Below are positions 15,093-25,416 of a stretch of DNA of 64,000 bases, in pieces. The notes under the pieces were generated by a model, which worked only from the letters and a program-made list of their open reading frames with translations, had not been told where the DNA came from and made no database searches. The position numbers were made by a program, and so were the translations under genes. Source of the DNA: Chloroflexota bacterium (GTDB taxonomy: Bacteria; Chloroflexota; Dehalococcoidia; Lucifugimonadales; Australimonadaceae); assembly GCA_009838965.1 (NCBI GenBank), contig VXQP01000084.1, positions 15,819-79,818 of the forward strand, given 5' to 3'. How positions within the stretch are numbered: position 1 is the first letter of the stretch; each line of letters starts with the position of its first letter.

Positions 15093-15107
15093 GAGGCGCC
15101 TGGCAGG

Positions 15108-15281
15108 CTAGCGTCCATACCGGACGTACCAGTAGACGAACAGCGCCATGGCCGTCGCGATGACTCCCAGGCTTGCGACGGCGAACGCCGAGTCCACCAG
15201 CACTCCGAGGCTGTTGAGGACGACGGCGATGATGACGAAGATGAAGACGACCCCGACGACTCCCGCATCCTCACGCTTCAT
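15108..15281 (-). CDS. Small hydrophobic protein (57 aa, below the ORF-track length cutoff)
   Basis: Hand translation from ATG 15281-15279 to TAG 15110-15108: MKREDAGVVGVVFIFVIIAVVLNSLGVLVDSAFAVASLGVIATAMALFVYWYVRYGR. It has two predicted TM helices and starts 10 nt downstream of the enoyl-CoA hydratase stop on the same strand. Confidence 0.35.
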   Translation of the reverse strand: MKREDAGVVGVVFIFVIIAVVLNSLGVLVDSAFAVASLGVIATAMALFVYWYVRYGR

Positions 15282-15290
15282 CGCTTCCCT

Positions 15291-16079
15291 CTAACGGCCC
15301 GGGAAGTCCGGTGGACGCTTCTCTCTGAACGAGCGCACGCCCTCCATGAAGTCCTCGCTCGCCTCCGCGCCGTCCATGATGGACGCCTTCTCCGCCGGCA
15401 CCTGGTCCGCCGCGCCGAACTCCAGCAGGTCGCGTATCACCTGCTTGTGCGTGCGGTGCGACACCGGCGAGAGCGACGCGACCTCCTCGGCGAGCGCACG
15501 CGCTTCTTCCATGAGCGCATCGCCGTCCACGACCACGCTCACGATACCCGACGCCAGCGCGCGCTCCGCGGAGACGGAGCGTCCCGTCAGCATGAAATAG
15601 GCCGCTTCGCCGGGTCCGACGAGGCGCATCAGGCGGTCGATGTGCGCGTGCGACACAGCGATGCCGCGTTTCGCCGCAGGCAGCCCGAACTGCGCGTCCG
15701 CCGACGCGATGCGCAGGTCTGCGCACACCGCAAGCTCCAGCCCGCCGCCGAGGCAGTAGCCGCATATCGCGGCGATGGTCGGCTTGGAGAGCGCATTCAG
15801 CGCGTCACAGGCCTCATTCACCGCGTGGCGGTAGTTCCGCGCGCGCTCCGGCGTGCTGCGGGTCTCCTCGAAATCCTTGATGTCCGCACCTGCCGAGAAC
15901 GCCTTCTCGCCCGCGCCCGTCAACACGACCGCGCGCACTGCCTCGTCGGCGTCGAGCTCGGCGAGAAGCGCGGGGAAGCGCACCCACATGTCGTACGAGA
16001 TGGCGTTCCGCTGCTCCGGGCGGTTCAAAGTCAGCGTCGCGACTGCTCCGTCGCGTTCGACGACCAGATCATCGGTCAT
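15291..16079 (-). CDS. Enoyl-CoA hydratase/isomerase (crotonase) family protein
   Basis: Crotonase signature: LTLNRPEQRNAIS, VVLTGAGEKAFSAGADI, CGYCLGGGLELAVCADLRIA, FREKRPPDF. Confidence 0.85.
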   Translation of the reverse strand: MTDDLVVERDGAVATLTLNRPEQRNAISYDMWVRFPALLAELDADEAVRAVVLTGAGEKAFSAGADIKDFEETRSTPERARNYRHAVNEACDALNALSKPTIAAICGYCLGGGLELAVCADLRIASADAQFGLPAAKRGIAVSHAHIDRLMRLVGPGEAAYFMLTGRSVSAERALASGIVSVVVDGDALMEEARALAEEVASLSPVSHRTHKQVIRDLLEFGAADQVPAEKASIMDGAEASEDFMEGVRSFREKRPPDFPGR

Positions 16080-16083
16080 GGCG

Positions 16084-16524
16084 CTATCCCTCCGCCGCTT
16101 TCGCGCGCAGGCAGTCGAAGAAGCGGTCGATCTGCGACTTCGCGACGGTGCCCATGAGACGCTGGCCCACCCGCGCCAGCACGCCAGTCACCTGTACGTC
16201 GCCCTCAAAGCTCAGCTCCGTGCCTTCGTCGTCGTCCGCGAGCGCCAGCGACCCGCTGCCCCGGATCTCGGTGCGCGCGCCGGAGCCCTCGACCGTCATG
16301 CGGTACGACTCGGGTTCGACCGCGTCCGTGATGGCGAGCGTCCCCTTGTACGAGCCTGAGACGATGCCGACGCGCACCGAGAGCTCGATCTCGTAGCGGT
16401 CGCCGCCAAGGGGCGTGAACGCGCTAACGCCGGGGATGCATGAGCCGACGACGCTCGTGTCCATCAGCGTCTGCCACAGGCGCGCTCTGGGTACGTCGAA
16501 CCGGTACGCTCCACTCAGTTTCAT
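16084..16524 (-). CDS. coxG: SRPBCC-fold carbon monoxide dehydrogenase subunit G-like protein
   Basis: CoxG family pattern: MKLSGAYRFDVPRARLWQTLMD...IPG...GIVSGSYKGTL. The ATG at 16524 has an AGGAG 4 nt upstream; an alternative ATG lies at 16548. Divergent from coxS. Confidence 0.75.
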   Translation of the reverse strand: MKLSGAYRFDVPRARLWQTLMDTSVVGSCIPGVSAFTPLGGDRYEIELSVRVGIVSGSYKGTLAITDAVEPESYRMTVEGSGARTEIRGSGSLALADDDEGTELSFEGDVQVTGVLARVGQRLMGTVAKSQIDRFFDCLRAKAAEG

Positions 16525-16752
16525 GGGGCTCCTCGAAGCGTGCTGCATCCACTATAGCAGCGTCGGGCATCGCCATCGCCCGAGCCTCGTTCCGCCATTC
16601 AAACACGGAACGTTAACGCTTTCCTCCGATTGACAAACCCTGTGCGTTAGATACCCTTGCGCGCGCAAGGCGCACGCGTGTGCAGTGGCGCAACGGCGCA
16701 TGCGTGCGAATCCCATGGCGCGCGACCTGACGGTCGAGGGAGGAGGTCGACT

Positions 16753-17226
16753 GTGACAGTTCCTGTCGAGATAACCATCAACGGGAAGGCCTGCTCCGGA
16801 GAGGTGGAGGAGAGACAGTTGCTCGTCCACTTCATCCGGGAGAACGCGGGACTGACCGGGACGAAAGTGGGGTGCGACACCAGCCAGTGCGGCACGTGCA
16901 CGGTGCAGTTGGACGGCGTCTCGGCCAAGTCGTGCACGGTGCTCACCGTCCAGGCGTCGGGCTCCTCGGTCACGACGATCGAGGGCATCTCCGACGGCGT
17001 CGACCTGCACCCGCTGCAGGAGGCGTTCTGGAACAACCACGGGCTGCAGTGCGGCTTCTGCACGCCGGGCATGATCATGGCGGCGAACGAGCTGCTCAGC
17101 AAGAACCCGTCTCCCACGCGTGAGGAGATACGTCACGGGCTGGAGGGCAACATCTGCCGGTGCACCGGCTATCAGAACATCGTGAGCGCCGTCGAGGACG
17201 CCGCCAAGGCGATGGGAGGGAGGTAA
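16753..17226 (+). CDS. coxS: (2Fe-2S)-binding small subunit of a molybdenum hydroxylase (CoxS-like)
   Basis: Both cluster motifs are present: [11 protein letters not shown] and [10 protein letters not shown]...CRCTGY. I place the start at the GTG at 16753, which has a GGAGG (16742-16746) 6 nt upstream. The longer track ORF (16657) has no RBS. Confidence 0.88.
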   Translation: MTVPVEITINGKACSGEVEERQLLVHFIRENAGLTGTKVGCDTSQCGTCTVQLDGVSAKSCTVLTVQASGSSVTTIEGISDGVDLHPLQEAFWNNHGLQCGFCTPGMIMAANELLSKNPSPTREEIRHGLEGNICRCTGYQNIVSAVEDAAKAMGGR

Positions 17227-17229
17227 GCC

Positions 17230-19584
17230 ATGACCACTCGGATATTCGGTTCCGGTATCCGCCGTCGTGAAGACCCACGGCTCATCACGGGTCGGGCGTC
17301 GTACACCGACGACATCAAGCTGCCGGGGACGCTCCACGCGGCGATCCTCCGCAGCCCCTACGCCCACGCGAACATCAAGTCGGTCGACGCCACCGGCGCG
17401 GCCGGCCAGCCCGGCGTCGTCGCCGTCTACACCGGTGAGGACACGGACGGCGTGCTGAACGGCCTCCCCTGTGCGTGGTTGATCCCCGGCTCAGACTTGA
17501 AGACTCCTGCGCACCCGGCCATCGCGAAGGACAAGGTCCGCTACGTCGGCGACGCGGTCGCGGTCGTGGTTGCGGAGACGCGGTACCAGGCCGAGGACGC
17601 GCTGGAGCACATCTCGGTCGACTACGAGCCGCTCGACGTCGTCGTCAGCCCGAAGGCGGCCGCGCAGGACGGCGCACCGCAACTCCACGAGGACGTGCCG
17701 AACAACATCGCGTTCACATGGGCACTCGCGGGAGGCGACACGGACGCGGCGTTCGCGGACGCGGCGGTCACCGTCAGCGACACGATCACGCTGCCTCGGC
17801 TCATCGCGAACCCGATGGAGCCCCGGTCGGCGCTCGCGCAGTGGAGCGCGGCGATGGGCGAGCTGACGCTGTGGAACACCACCCAGAACCCGCACATCGC
17901 CCGGTTCGTCACGTGTGTCGTTACCAGCGTGCCAGAGCACAAGATACGCGTGATCGCGCCGGAGGTCGGCGGCGGGTTCGGGAGCAAGATCCCGTACTAC
18001 GCGGACGAGGCCATCACGGCGTTCTGCTCGATGAAGCTGGGCGTGCCGGTGAAGTGGACGGAGACGCGCAGCGAGAACTACCTGATCACGACGCAGGGCC
18101 GCGACCACATCGAAGAGGTGGAGATGGCGGCCACGAGCGACGGCGTCATCACCGGCCTCCGCACCACCGTCTACGCAGGCATGGGCGGATACCTCTCGAC
18201 CGCCGCTCCGGGCGTCCCCACCATCCTGCACGGGCTGATGTACTCCGGCCCCTACAACATCCCCAACATCAGCGGCACGGTCTACGGCGTGTTCAACAAC
18301 GGCGCGCCGGTGGACGCCTACCGAGGCGCAGGGCGCCCCGAGGCTACGATGCTTCTCGAGCGCATGGTCGACCTGGTGGCAGCGGCGGTCGGACAGGACC
18401 CCGCGGAGGTGCGCCGCAAGAACCTCATACCGAAGTTCGAGAACGGCCACGACGTCGCCACCGGCATCACCTACGACAGCGGCGACTACGAGTCGGCGTT
18501 GGACTCCTGCCTGAGCGCGGCGGGCTACGAGGCGCTGCGGGCAGAGCAGGCCCAGGCACGAGCGGATGGCCGCTGCGTCGGCGTCGGCGTTTCCTCCTAT
18601 GTCGAGATATGCGGACTCGGCCCGTCACAGGTGGCGGGCGCGGTCGGCTTCCAGGGTGGACTGTGGGAGAGCGCCATCATCCGCTTCTACCCCACAGGCA
18701 AGGCGAACGTGATGGTCGGCTCCTCCCCGCACGGGCAGGGTGAGGAGACGACATTCGCCCAGATCGTCGCCGGCGAACTCGGCGTGGAGGTCGACGACGT
18801 GGAGGTCATCCACGGCGACACCGACAACACTCCGATGGGATGGGGCACGTACGGCAGCCGCACCACAGCGGTGTCCGGTGCTGCGATCGCGGTGGCCGCA
18901 CGCAAGATCAAGGAGAAGTCGCGGGCGCTGGCCGCGCACCTGCTCGAAGCCGCGCCTGAGGACATCGAGTACGAAGACGGGCGCTTCTACGTTCGCGGGT
19001 CGCCCGACCAGCACAAGACGATCCAGGACATCGCGCTCATGGCCAACGTCGCCTGGAACATGCCTGAGGGCATGGAGCCGGGGCTGGAGGCGAGCGCGTT
19101 CTACGACCCGCCCAACTTCACCTACCCGTTCGGCGCGCACATCGCCGTCGTGGAGGTGGACCCGGAGACAGGCCGCATCGACCTCCAGCGCTACGTCGCG
19201 GTGGACGACTGCGGTGTGCAGATCAACCCCATGATCGTGGAAGGCCAGGTGCATGGCGGCGTCGTACAGGGCGTCGGCCCGGCGCTCTGGGAAGGCGCGG
19301 TCTACGACGACGACGGGCAGCTCGTGACCGGCTCGATGCTGGACTACGCGCTCCCCCGCGCGGACCTGCTGCCGGACATCGAGGTCTCGTCCAACACGAC
19401 GCCGTCGCCGCACCACCCGCTGGGGGTGAAGGGCATCGGCGAGGCGGGCACCATCGCATCCACTCCCACCGTCTACAACGCGGTGATGGACGCGCTGCGC
19501 CCGTTGGGCGTCACCCGGGTAGACATGCCGTTGACGCCGGAGAAGGTCTGGCGCGCGATCAACGACGCACGGAACGGAGGCTAG
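17230..19584 (+). CDS. coxL: Molybdopterin-binding large subunit, form II CODH-like (xanthine dehydrogenase family)
   Basis: 784 aa, starts 3 nt after coxS. The active-site loop reads PVDAYRGAGRPEA (the AYRGAGR form II signature, not the AYxCSFR of bona fide form I CO dehydrogenases). Confidence 0.88.
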   Translation: MTTRIFGSGIRRREDPRLITGRASYTDDIKLPGTLHAAILRSPYAHANIKSVDATGAAGQPGVVAVYTGEDTDGVLNGLPCAWLIPGSDLKTPAHPAIAKDKVRYVGDAVAVVVAETRYQAEDALEHISVDYEPLDVVVSPKAAAQDGAPQLHEDVPNNIAFTWALAGGDTDAAFADAAVTVSDTITLPRLIANPMEPRSALAQWSAAMGELTLWNTTQNPHIARFVTCVVTSVPEHKIRVIAPEVGGGFGSKIPYYADEAITAFCSMKLGVPVKWTETRSENYLITTQGRDHIEEVEMAATSDGVITGLRTTVYAGMGGYLSTAAPGVPTILHGLMYSGPYNIPNISGTVYGVFNNGAPVDAYRGAGRPEATMLLERMVDLVAAAVGQDPAEVRRKNLIPKFENGHDVATGITYDSGDYESALDSCLSAAGYEALRAEQAQARADGRCVGVGVSSYVEICGLGPSQVAGAVGFQGGLWESAIIRFYPTGKANVMVGSSPHGQGEETTFAQIVAGELGVEVDDVEVIHGDTDNTPMGWGTYGSRTTAVSGAAIAVAARKIKEKSRALAAHLLEAAPEDIEYEDGRFYVRGSPDQHKTIQDIALMANVAWNMPEGMEPGLEASAFYDPPNFTYPFGAHIAVVEVDPETGRIDLQRYVAVDDCGVQINPMIVEGQVHGGVVQGVGPALWEGAVYDDDGQLVTGSMLDYALPRADLLPDIEVSSNTTPSPHHPLGVKGIGEAGTIASTPTVYNAVMDALRPLGVTRVDMPLTPEKVWRAINDARNGG

Positions 19585-19587
19585 GCC

Positions 19588-20454
19588 ATGTTTCCAGCAC
19601 AGATCACCTACCACCGCGCAGGCTCCGTAGCCGAGGCGGTGCAACTGCTCTCCGACAACGAGGGCGCGAAGCTCCTGGCGGGCGGACACAGCCTCCTCCC
19701 GCTGATGAAACTGCGGCTCGCGGCGCCCGCCGTGCTCGTGGACATCGGGCGCATCGAGGCGCTCAAGGGCGTCTCGGCCAGCGGCGGCGGCATCACCATC
19801 GGCGCGCTGACGACGCACGCGGAGATCGCCTCGTCCGACCTCGTGCAGCAGCACGCCCCGGTGCTCGCTGAGGCTGCTGCGCTCGTCGGCGACCCGGCGG
19901 TGCGGAACCGCGGCACCATCGGCGGCAGCGTCTCACACGCCGACCCCGCGTCCGACCAGCCGACCGTGCTTGCGGCGCTAGACGCGACGTTCAACGTGAC
20001 GGGGCCGGGAGGCGACCGCAGCATCGCCGCGGCCGACTTCGCGACCGGCCTGCTGGAGAACGCGCTGGCGGAGAACGAGGTGCTCACCAGCATCTCGGTG
20101 CCGTCGGTCCCGTCCGGCGCGGGCTCGGCGTACGTCAAGTTCCCGCACCCGGCGTCGCGCTACGCCGTGGTCGGCGCCGCCGCGGTGCTCGCGGTGAGCG
20201 GCGGCGCGTGCTCGTCGGCGAGCGTCGCGGTCGGGGGCGTCGAGACGACGCCGGTGCGGGCGTCGTCCGTCGAGGCGGCGCTGGCAGGTTCGGACCTGAG
20301 CGACGCCGCGCTGGACGCTGCCGCGGCGGCGGTCGCGGGCGACCTGAACGGCGACGCCATGGGCGACGTGTTCGCCTCCGCCGAGTACCGCAGGGCGATG
20401 GCGGCGGTCTACGTGCGCCGGGCGCTCGGCGCGGCAGCGTCGCGCGCGGGCTGA
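19588..20454 (+). CDS. coxM: FAD-binding medium subunit of a molybdenum hydroxylase (CoxM-like)
   Basis: FAD_binding_5-type pattern (KLLAGGHSLLPLMKLRL, RNRGTIGGS), plus a C-terminal CO-dehydrogenase flavoprotein domain (SAEYRRAMAAVYVRRAL). Confidence 0.87.
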   Translation: MFPAQITYHRAGSVAEAVQLLSDNEGAKLLAGGHSLLPLMKLRLAAPAVLVDIGRIEALKGVSASGGGITIGALTTHAEIASSDLVQQHAPVLAEAAALVGDPAVRNRGTIGGSVSHADPASDQPTVLAALDATFNVTGPGGDRSIAAADFATGLLENALAENEVLTSISVPSVPSGAGSAYVKFPHPASRYAVVGAAAVLAVSGGACSSASVAVGGVETTPVRASSVEAALAGSDLSDAALDAAAAAVAGDLNGDAMGDVFASAEYRRAMAAVYVRRALGAAASRAG

Positions 20455-20546
20455 CCGCTCCGCCGCAACGTGGGATAATCGCAGGGGGCGGCTTCGGCTC
20501 GCCCCCTGCGCATCTGCGAGAGCACGCTATCCCGGAGGAGACCCAC

Positions 20547-21485
20547 TTGGACGAAACGCGCACCGGTTCCGCGCCCGCGTCCGTCGACGAACTGCAGCAG
20601 GCGCTGCGCGGCGAACTGTACGTCGCAGACCGCGCGCTGGCGATGTCGGTCTACCTCGCACTGACGCTCAAGCGCCCGCTCTTCCTTGAGGGCGAGGCGG
20701 GTGTCGGCAAGACGGAGGTCGCCAAGGTGCTGGCGTCGGCGCTGGGCGCGCGCCTCATCCGGCTCCAGTGCTACGAGGGGCTGGACGTGAGCCAGGCGGT
20801 CTACGAGTGGAACTACTCGCGGCAACTGCTGCATATCCGGCTGCTCGAGGCGTCCGGCAACGTCGACAAGGCAGCGGCGGAGCGTGAGCTGTTCAGCGAG
20901 GAGTTCCTCATCAAGCGGCCGCTCCTGCAGGCGCTCGATGGGAGCGAAGGCCCAGTCGTGCTTCTGATCGACGAATTGGATCGCGCCGACGAGGAGTTCG
21001 AGGGCTACCTGCTGGAGATGCTCTCCGACTTCCAGATCACGATACCGGAGGTCGGCACGTACACGGCTGACGAGCCGCCCGTCGTCGTCATCACGTCGAA
21101 CCGGACGCGCGAGATACACGACGCGCTCAAGCGCCGCTGCCTCTACTACTGGATCGACTACCCCGACCTCGACAAAGAGACGCAGATCGTGCGGAGCAAG
21201 GTGCCGCAGGCGTCGCAGAAGCTCGCGGGGCAGGTCGCCGCGTTCGTGCAGGAGCTGCGCGGCACGGAGCTGTACAAGGTGCCGGGCGTCGCAGAGACGC
21301 TCGACTGGACGGCGGCGCTCGTGAGTCTGAACGAGACCGAACTGAGCCCCGACGTCATCGACGACACGCTCGGCATCATGCTGAAGTACCGCGAGGACGT
21401 GCAGGCGGTGCGCGGCGAGCAGATGCGCGCACTGCTGAACCGCGCGATGCACCGCGGCACGCAGCGCGGGGGCAGGCGTGGCTGA
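20547..21485 (+). CDS. coxD: MoxR-type AAA+ ATPase (CoxD-like maturation factor)
   Basis: Walker A GEAGVGKT and Walker B VLLIDELDRA. Between the coxM stop and the conserved core the only usable start is the TTG at 20547, which has GGAGGAG 6 nt upstream. The track ORF start (20208) lies inside coxM. Confidence 0.82.
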   Translation: MDETRTGSAPASVDELQQALRGELYVADRALAMSVYLALTLKRPLFLEGEAGVGKTEVAKVLASALGARLIRLQCYEGLDVSQAVYEWNYSRQLLHIRLLEASGNVDKAAAERELFSEEFLIKRPLLQALDGSEGPVVLLIDELDRADEEFEGYLLEMLSDFQITIPEVGTYTADEPPVVVITSNRTREIHDALKRRCLYYWIDYPDLDKETQIVRSKVPQASQKLAGQVAAFVQELRGTELYKVPGVAETLDWTAALVSLNETELSPDVIDDTLGIMLKYREDVQAVRGEQMRALLNRAMHRGTQRGGRRG

Positions 21486-22797
21486 CGCGCCGGACGGCTA
21501 CATCCTCGGCAACCTCCTCCTCTTCGGACGGCTGCTCCGGCGGCTCGGCCTCGACGTGCACGTCGGGCGGATGCTGGATGCCATCCGCGTGCTGGAGGAC
21601 ATCGGCCTCGAACGGCGGGGCGACGTGCGCGCCGCGCTGCGGACGCTGCTCGTGCACCGCAGGGACGACCTCCCGTTGTTCGACGAGGCGTTCGACGTCT
21701 TCTGGCGCCAGCGCAAGGACAGCACCTCGACGATGGATCTGCGCTCGATGGGTGAGCAGCGCCGCTACCGCAGGCCGTCCGCCGGGCCGCCGTCGCCGGG
21801 CCGCGAGCCGGACGACTCCGCCGAACCCGCCGACCCGGACGAGGGCTTCGACCGCGTCGACCTCACCCGCACGTTCAGCGCGCGGGAGGTGCTGCGCACG
21901 CGGGACTTCGCGGAGTTCACGCCGGAGGAGATGCTGGAGGCGCGGCAACTGATGGCGTCGCTGCAGTGGGACCCCGGCCTCAGACGCACGCGGCGCAAGG
22001 AGCCAGGCAGAGGCCATGGGCTGGACGTGCGCAGGACGCTGCGGCACAACGCACGATTCGGCGGCGAGCTCGTGCGACTGGAGACGCGACGCCGCAAGGA
22101 GAAGCCGCGCAGGCTGGTGGTGGTCTGCGACGTGAGCGGCTCCATGGAGCGGTACACGCGGATGCTGCTCCACTTCATCCACAGCCTCTACGCGGGCCTG
22201 GACAACCGGATCGAGGCATTCCTCTTCGCCACGCGGCTCACGCGCATCACGAAGCACCTGGGGCAGCGCGACATCGACCGCGCCGTTTCAGAGGTCGCAA
22301 AGGCAGTGCCGGACTGGTCGGGCGGGACGCGCATCGGCGACGTGCTCAAGGAGTTCAACTTCCGCTGGGCGCGGCGCACGCTCGGCTGGGGCTCCATCGT
22401 CCTCATCGTGTCGGACGGGTGGGACCACGGCGAGCCAGAGTTGCTGAGCCGGGAGATGGCGCGGCTGCAGCGCAGCTGCAACCGGCTGATATGGCTGAAT
22501 CCTCTGGCGGGCAACGAGGACTACGAGCCGCTGACCGTAGGGATGCAGGCTGCCGCGCCGTACATCGACGACCTGCTGCCGGTGAACAACCTCGCCGCGC
22601 TGTTCGACCTCGCCGACCACTTGAACAGCCTGTCGCAGAGCCGTCCGGTGCGCCGGCAGCAGACGTTGCAAACCACGGAGGAGGAAGCACCAATCGTCGC
22701 GGCGTCCGCCCCGCAGCAGCGCTCATGGCACGCGGGCGCGAACCCGACGTTCCGCCACCCGTTGTGGGGTCGCGGGGAGCCGCGGAACGGCGCGTAA
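21478..22797 (+). CDS. coxE: VWA domain protein (CoxE-like)
   Basis: GTG start overlapping coxD by 8 nt. CoxE-type N-terminus (LLFGRLLRRLGLDV...LPLFDEAFDVFW) and a C-terminal VWA domain with MIDAS VVVCDVSGSM. Confidence 0.82.
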   Translation: MADAPDGYILGNLLLFGRLLRRLGLDVHVGRMLDAIRVLEDIGLERRGDVRAALRTLLVHRRDDLPLFDEAFDVFWRQRKDSTSTMDLRSMGEQRRYRRPSAGPPSPGREPDDSAEPADPDEGFDRVDLTRTFSAREVLRTRDFAEFTPEEMLEARQLMASLQWDPGLRRTRRKEPGRGHGLDVRRTLRHNARFGGELVRLETRRRKEKPRRLVVVCDVSGSMERYTRMLLHFIHSLYAGLDNRIEAFLFATRLTRITKHLGQRDIDRAVSEVAKAVPDWSGGTRIGDVLKEFNFRWARRTLGWGSIVLIVSDGWDHGEPELLSREMARLQRSCNRLIWLNPLAGNEDYEPLTVGMQAAAPYIDDLLPVNNLAALFDLADHLNSLSQSRPVRRQQTLQTTEEEAPIVAASAPQQRSWHAGANPTFRHPLWGRGEPRNGA

Positions 22798-22800
22798 GCC

Positions 22801-23898
22801 CTACGCCGAAGGATAAAACCCCTTGTCGTACCAGTAGGTGAGGTCGCTGCCGAACCACTCCGTCGGGATCTCGTGGCCGACCCCGGCCTCGACTGCCTTG
22901 CGGTAGATGAGCGCGCCCGCTGCGGCCATCTGTATCCCCATGCCGGTGCTGTTCTTGTAGTAGACGATGTCGCCGGGCTGCGCCTCCAGCGCGGTCGTTC
23001 CGGCCACCACCTCGCCCAGCGTGCATATCCTGTCCCACGAGACCAGTCCCTGCTCGATGGGGTCGAGCAGCTCGATCTGGTTGTTCGAGTAGACGCTGTC
23101 GCGATCGTTGATGCAGATGAACGCGCTGCGGGCGAACGTCGTGTCGTCCACCTCGGACTTCTTGAAGTTGGCGTCGCTGTTCTGCAGCGAGATGACGAAC
23201 TGCCCCGGCTCCAGCCAGTCGCCGTCGAAGACCGGCTTGCCGCTCACGTAGCCCGCGTTCGTCGCGCAGCAGACGATCTCCGTGCCCTCCATCGCCTCGC
23301 GCGGGTTGTCTACGGGCGTGACCTCGACCTCCAGCTGCTGCGACATCTCGCTGGCGAACTCCTCGCGGTGCTCCTTCGTGGGGCTGTAGACCTTCACGCT
23401 GCGCACCGTGCGCACCTGCACGAGCGCCTCCAGGTCCGTTCGCGCCAGCTTGCCGCTGCCGAACATCCCAACCGTCTGCGCACCCGGCGGTGCGAGGTAC
23501 TTGGCGGCAACGCCTGACGTCGCCCCGACCCGTATCCCCGACAGGTAGAACTCGTGGATGAAGGCGAGCGGCCTCCCCGTCTGCATGTCGATCAGGACGA
23601 TGAATCCCCAGTTGCGATTGTCGAACTTGGGTGAGCGCTCGCCCTGGGCGTTCGGCTTCGTGCTGCGCGCGCTCCCGCCGATGCGTATCGCCGCGGCGTC
23701 ATACGAGGGCGTCGTGCCGATGTGGATGTTCGAGCCGTATACCTTGTCAGCATCCGTCGTGGGGCTGATGTAGCGGATGCGGGGGATGTTCACGGCCCCG
23801 CTGAGTGCGTGGTCGCGGTAAGCCGTCTCCATCGCCTCGATGCAATCGGCCATCGGGTGCACACGTGCGACGTCTTCGTCGCTCAGTACCAGCGTCAT
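22801..23898 (-). CDS. Ornithine cyclodeaminase / mu-crystallin family protein
   Basis: OCD family pattern with an NAD fold (VGMFGSGKLA). The ATG at 23898 has AGGAGG 5 nt upstream. The alternative upstream start at 23952 would overlap the VOC gene. Confidence 0.75.
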   Translation of the reverse strand: MTLVLSDEDVARVHPMADCIEAMETAYRDHALSGAVNIPRIRYISPTTDADKVYGSNIHIGTTPSYDAAAIRIGGSARSTKPNAQGERSPKFDNRNWGFIVLIDMQTGRPLAFIHEFYLSGIRVGATSGVAAKYLAPPGAQTVGMFGSGKLARTDLEALVQVRTVRSVKVYSPTKEHREEFASEMSQQLEVEVTPVDNPREAMEGTEIVCCATNAGYVSGKPVFDGDWLEPGQFVISLQNSDANFKKSEVDDTTFARSAFICINDRDSVYSNNQIELLDPIEQGLVSWDRICTLGEVVAGTTALEAQPGDIVYYKNSTGMGIQMAAAGALIYRKAVEAGVGHEIPTEWFGSDLTYWYDKGFYPSA

Positions 23899-23944
23899 GC
23901 GTTCCTCCTGTCTACGCCTGCCAACGATAATCGCGTTCTTGGGG

Positions 23945-24316
23945 TCAGACATGCTGGTCCACCAGGATCGGGTTGCCGTCCGGGTCGATCGCCACGAAAC
24001 TAGCCGGCCCCGTGCCGTTCTCGTCCGCTTCGCTCACCAGTTGCACGCCCTTCGCCTTCAGTTGCCGCTGCAGCTCACGCACGTCCGTAAAGGCTTCCAG
24101 CGGACGCGCCCGGCTGTCCCAACCCGGATTGAACGTGAGGATGTTCTTCTCGAACACCCCCTGGAAGAGGCCGACCGTGTGGTCGCCGTTCCTGAGTATC
24201 TGCCAGCCCTCGGAGGGGTCGCCCCCGACGACCTCGAACCCGAACTGCTCGTAGAAGTCCCTCGAGGCCGCGATATCCGCCACGGCCAGGCTGATGGAGA
24301 ACGCGCCCAGTTCCAT
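23945..24316 (-). CDS. VOC (glyoxalase / bleomycin-resistance) family protein
   Basis: 123 aa from the ATG at 24316 (AGGAGAG RBS upstream): [30 protein letters not shown]...[15 protein letters not shown]. It is the 3-prime end of a 487-aa shadow ORF in the track. Confidence 0.75.
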   Translation of the reverse strand: MELGAFSISLAVADIAASRDFYEQFGFEVVGGDPSEGWQILRNGDHTVGLFQGVFEKNILTFNPGWDSRARPLEAFTDVRELQRQLKAKGVQLVSEADENGTGPASFVAIDPDGNPILVDQHV

Positions 24317-24330
24317 GTATCGCTTCTCTC

Positions 24331-25416
24331 CTAGTTGCTGTGGGGCAGGATGACCGTCTTCACCTCCCGGAAGTCGGCCATGGCGTGCAGCGCGTCGGAC
24401 GTCTCGTTGAGCGAGTAGGGACGCGACAGCATCCGCGCGAACGGCACCGAGCCACCCCGTGTCCGCAGGAACTCCAGCGCCTGGTGGTAGTGCCGACCCT
24501 CGCCGGAGCGCACGCTCACGATCGTCACCTGCTGCCCGAAGCCGTTGATCGATACCGGCCCGCCTCCTCCTCCGATGGAGAGGTAGCGTCCACCGGGGCG
24601 CAGGAAACCCAGCCCCTCCGGGATGACCGCGAAGGAGACGCACTGGATGGCGACGTCCGCGCCGCGACCCCCGGTACGCTCCATCACCCACTCGTGCCGG
24701 TCCTTCGCATCGGGCATGTCGCCGATGTCCAGCGTCTCGTCCGCGCCCCACGCCTCGGCGACGTCCAGTCGCACGCGCGGCGCGCCGATCACGAGCACGC
24801 GGCCAGCGCCACGATCGCGTGCGACCGCCGACGCGTACAGGCCGACGGGCCCCGACCCCTGCACGACGACCGTGTCGTGGGGGTAGATCGGCCCGAGCCG
24901 CTCGAAGCCGTGCATCACCGTACGGAGCGCGCACGCGGCGGAGGCTGCCTGCGGCGACGTCACCTCGTCCGGTATGGGGATGATGGCAGTGCCGGGCGGG
25001 ATGTAGTGGTACTCCGCACAGCCGCCCAGCAGGTACGGCGGTTGGTCGGCGCGCCCGCGCCCGAAGCGGATGCTGTCGTCGCAGAGCGAGGGCTGGTTCG
25101 ACACGGAGCAGTAGAAGCAGTGCCCGCAGAAGCGGTACGCGGAGATGATGCGGTCGCCCTCCTTGAGCTCTTCGCCGTGCACGTCGTACCGCTCGCCGTT
25201 GATCGCCACGATGCGACCCGCGGTCTCGTGGCCGGGAATGTAGGGCAGCATCTTCGGGTTCGCGGCGTTGTGCCAGATGTGCACGTCCGTTCCGCAGAGC
25301 GTCGCGGCCTCGACCTCCACCAGCATCCCCGTCGGTTCCAGGTCCGGCATCTGGACGTCCCGCATCTCGGTCGGGTCGTTGAACCCCGTGATTACGGCAG
25401 CCTTGCACGTCTCCAT
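24331..25416 (-). CDS. Zinc-dependent alcohol dehydrogenase family (MDR) oxidoreductase
   Basis: Catalytic Zn ligands CGTDVH and GHETAG, structural Zn motif CGHCFYC, and NAD fold VVQGSGPVG. Confidence 0.85.
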   Translation of the reverse strand: METCKAAVITGFNDPTEMRDVQMPDLEPTGMLVEVEAATLCGTDVHIWHNAANPKMLPYIPGHETAGRIVAINGERYDVHGEELKEGDRIISAYRFCGHCFYCSVSNQPSLCDDSIRFGRGRADQPPYLLGGCAEYHYIPPGTAIIPIPDEVTSPQAASAACALRTVMHGFERLGPIYPHDTVVVQGSGPVGLYASAVARDRGAGRVLVIGAPRVRLDVAEAWGADETLDIGDMPDAKDRHEWVMERTGGRGADVAIQCVSFAVIPEGLGFLRPGGRYLSIGGGGGPVSINGFGQQVTIVSVRSGEGRHYHQALEFLRTRGGSVPFARMLSRPYSLNETSDALHAMADFREVKTVILPHSN

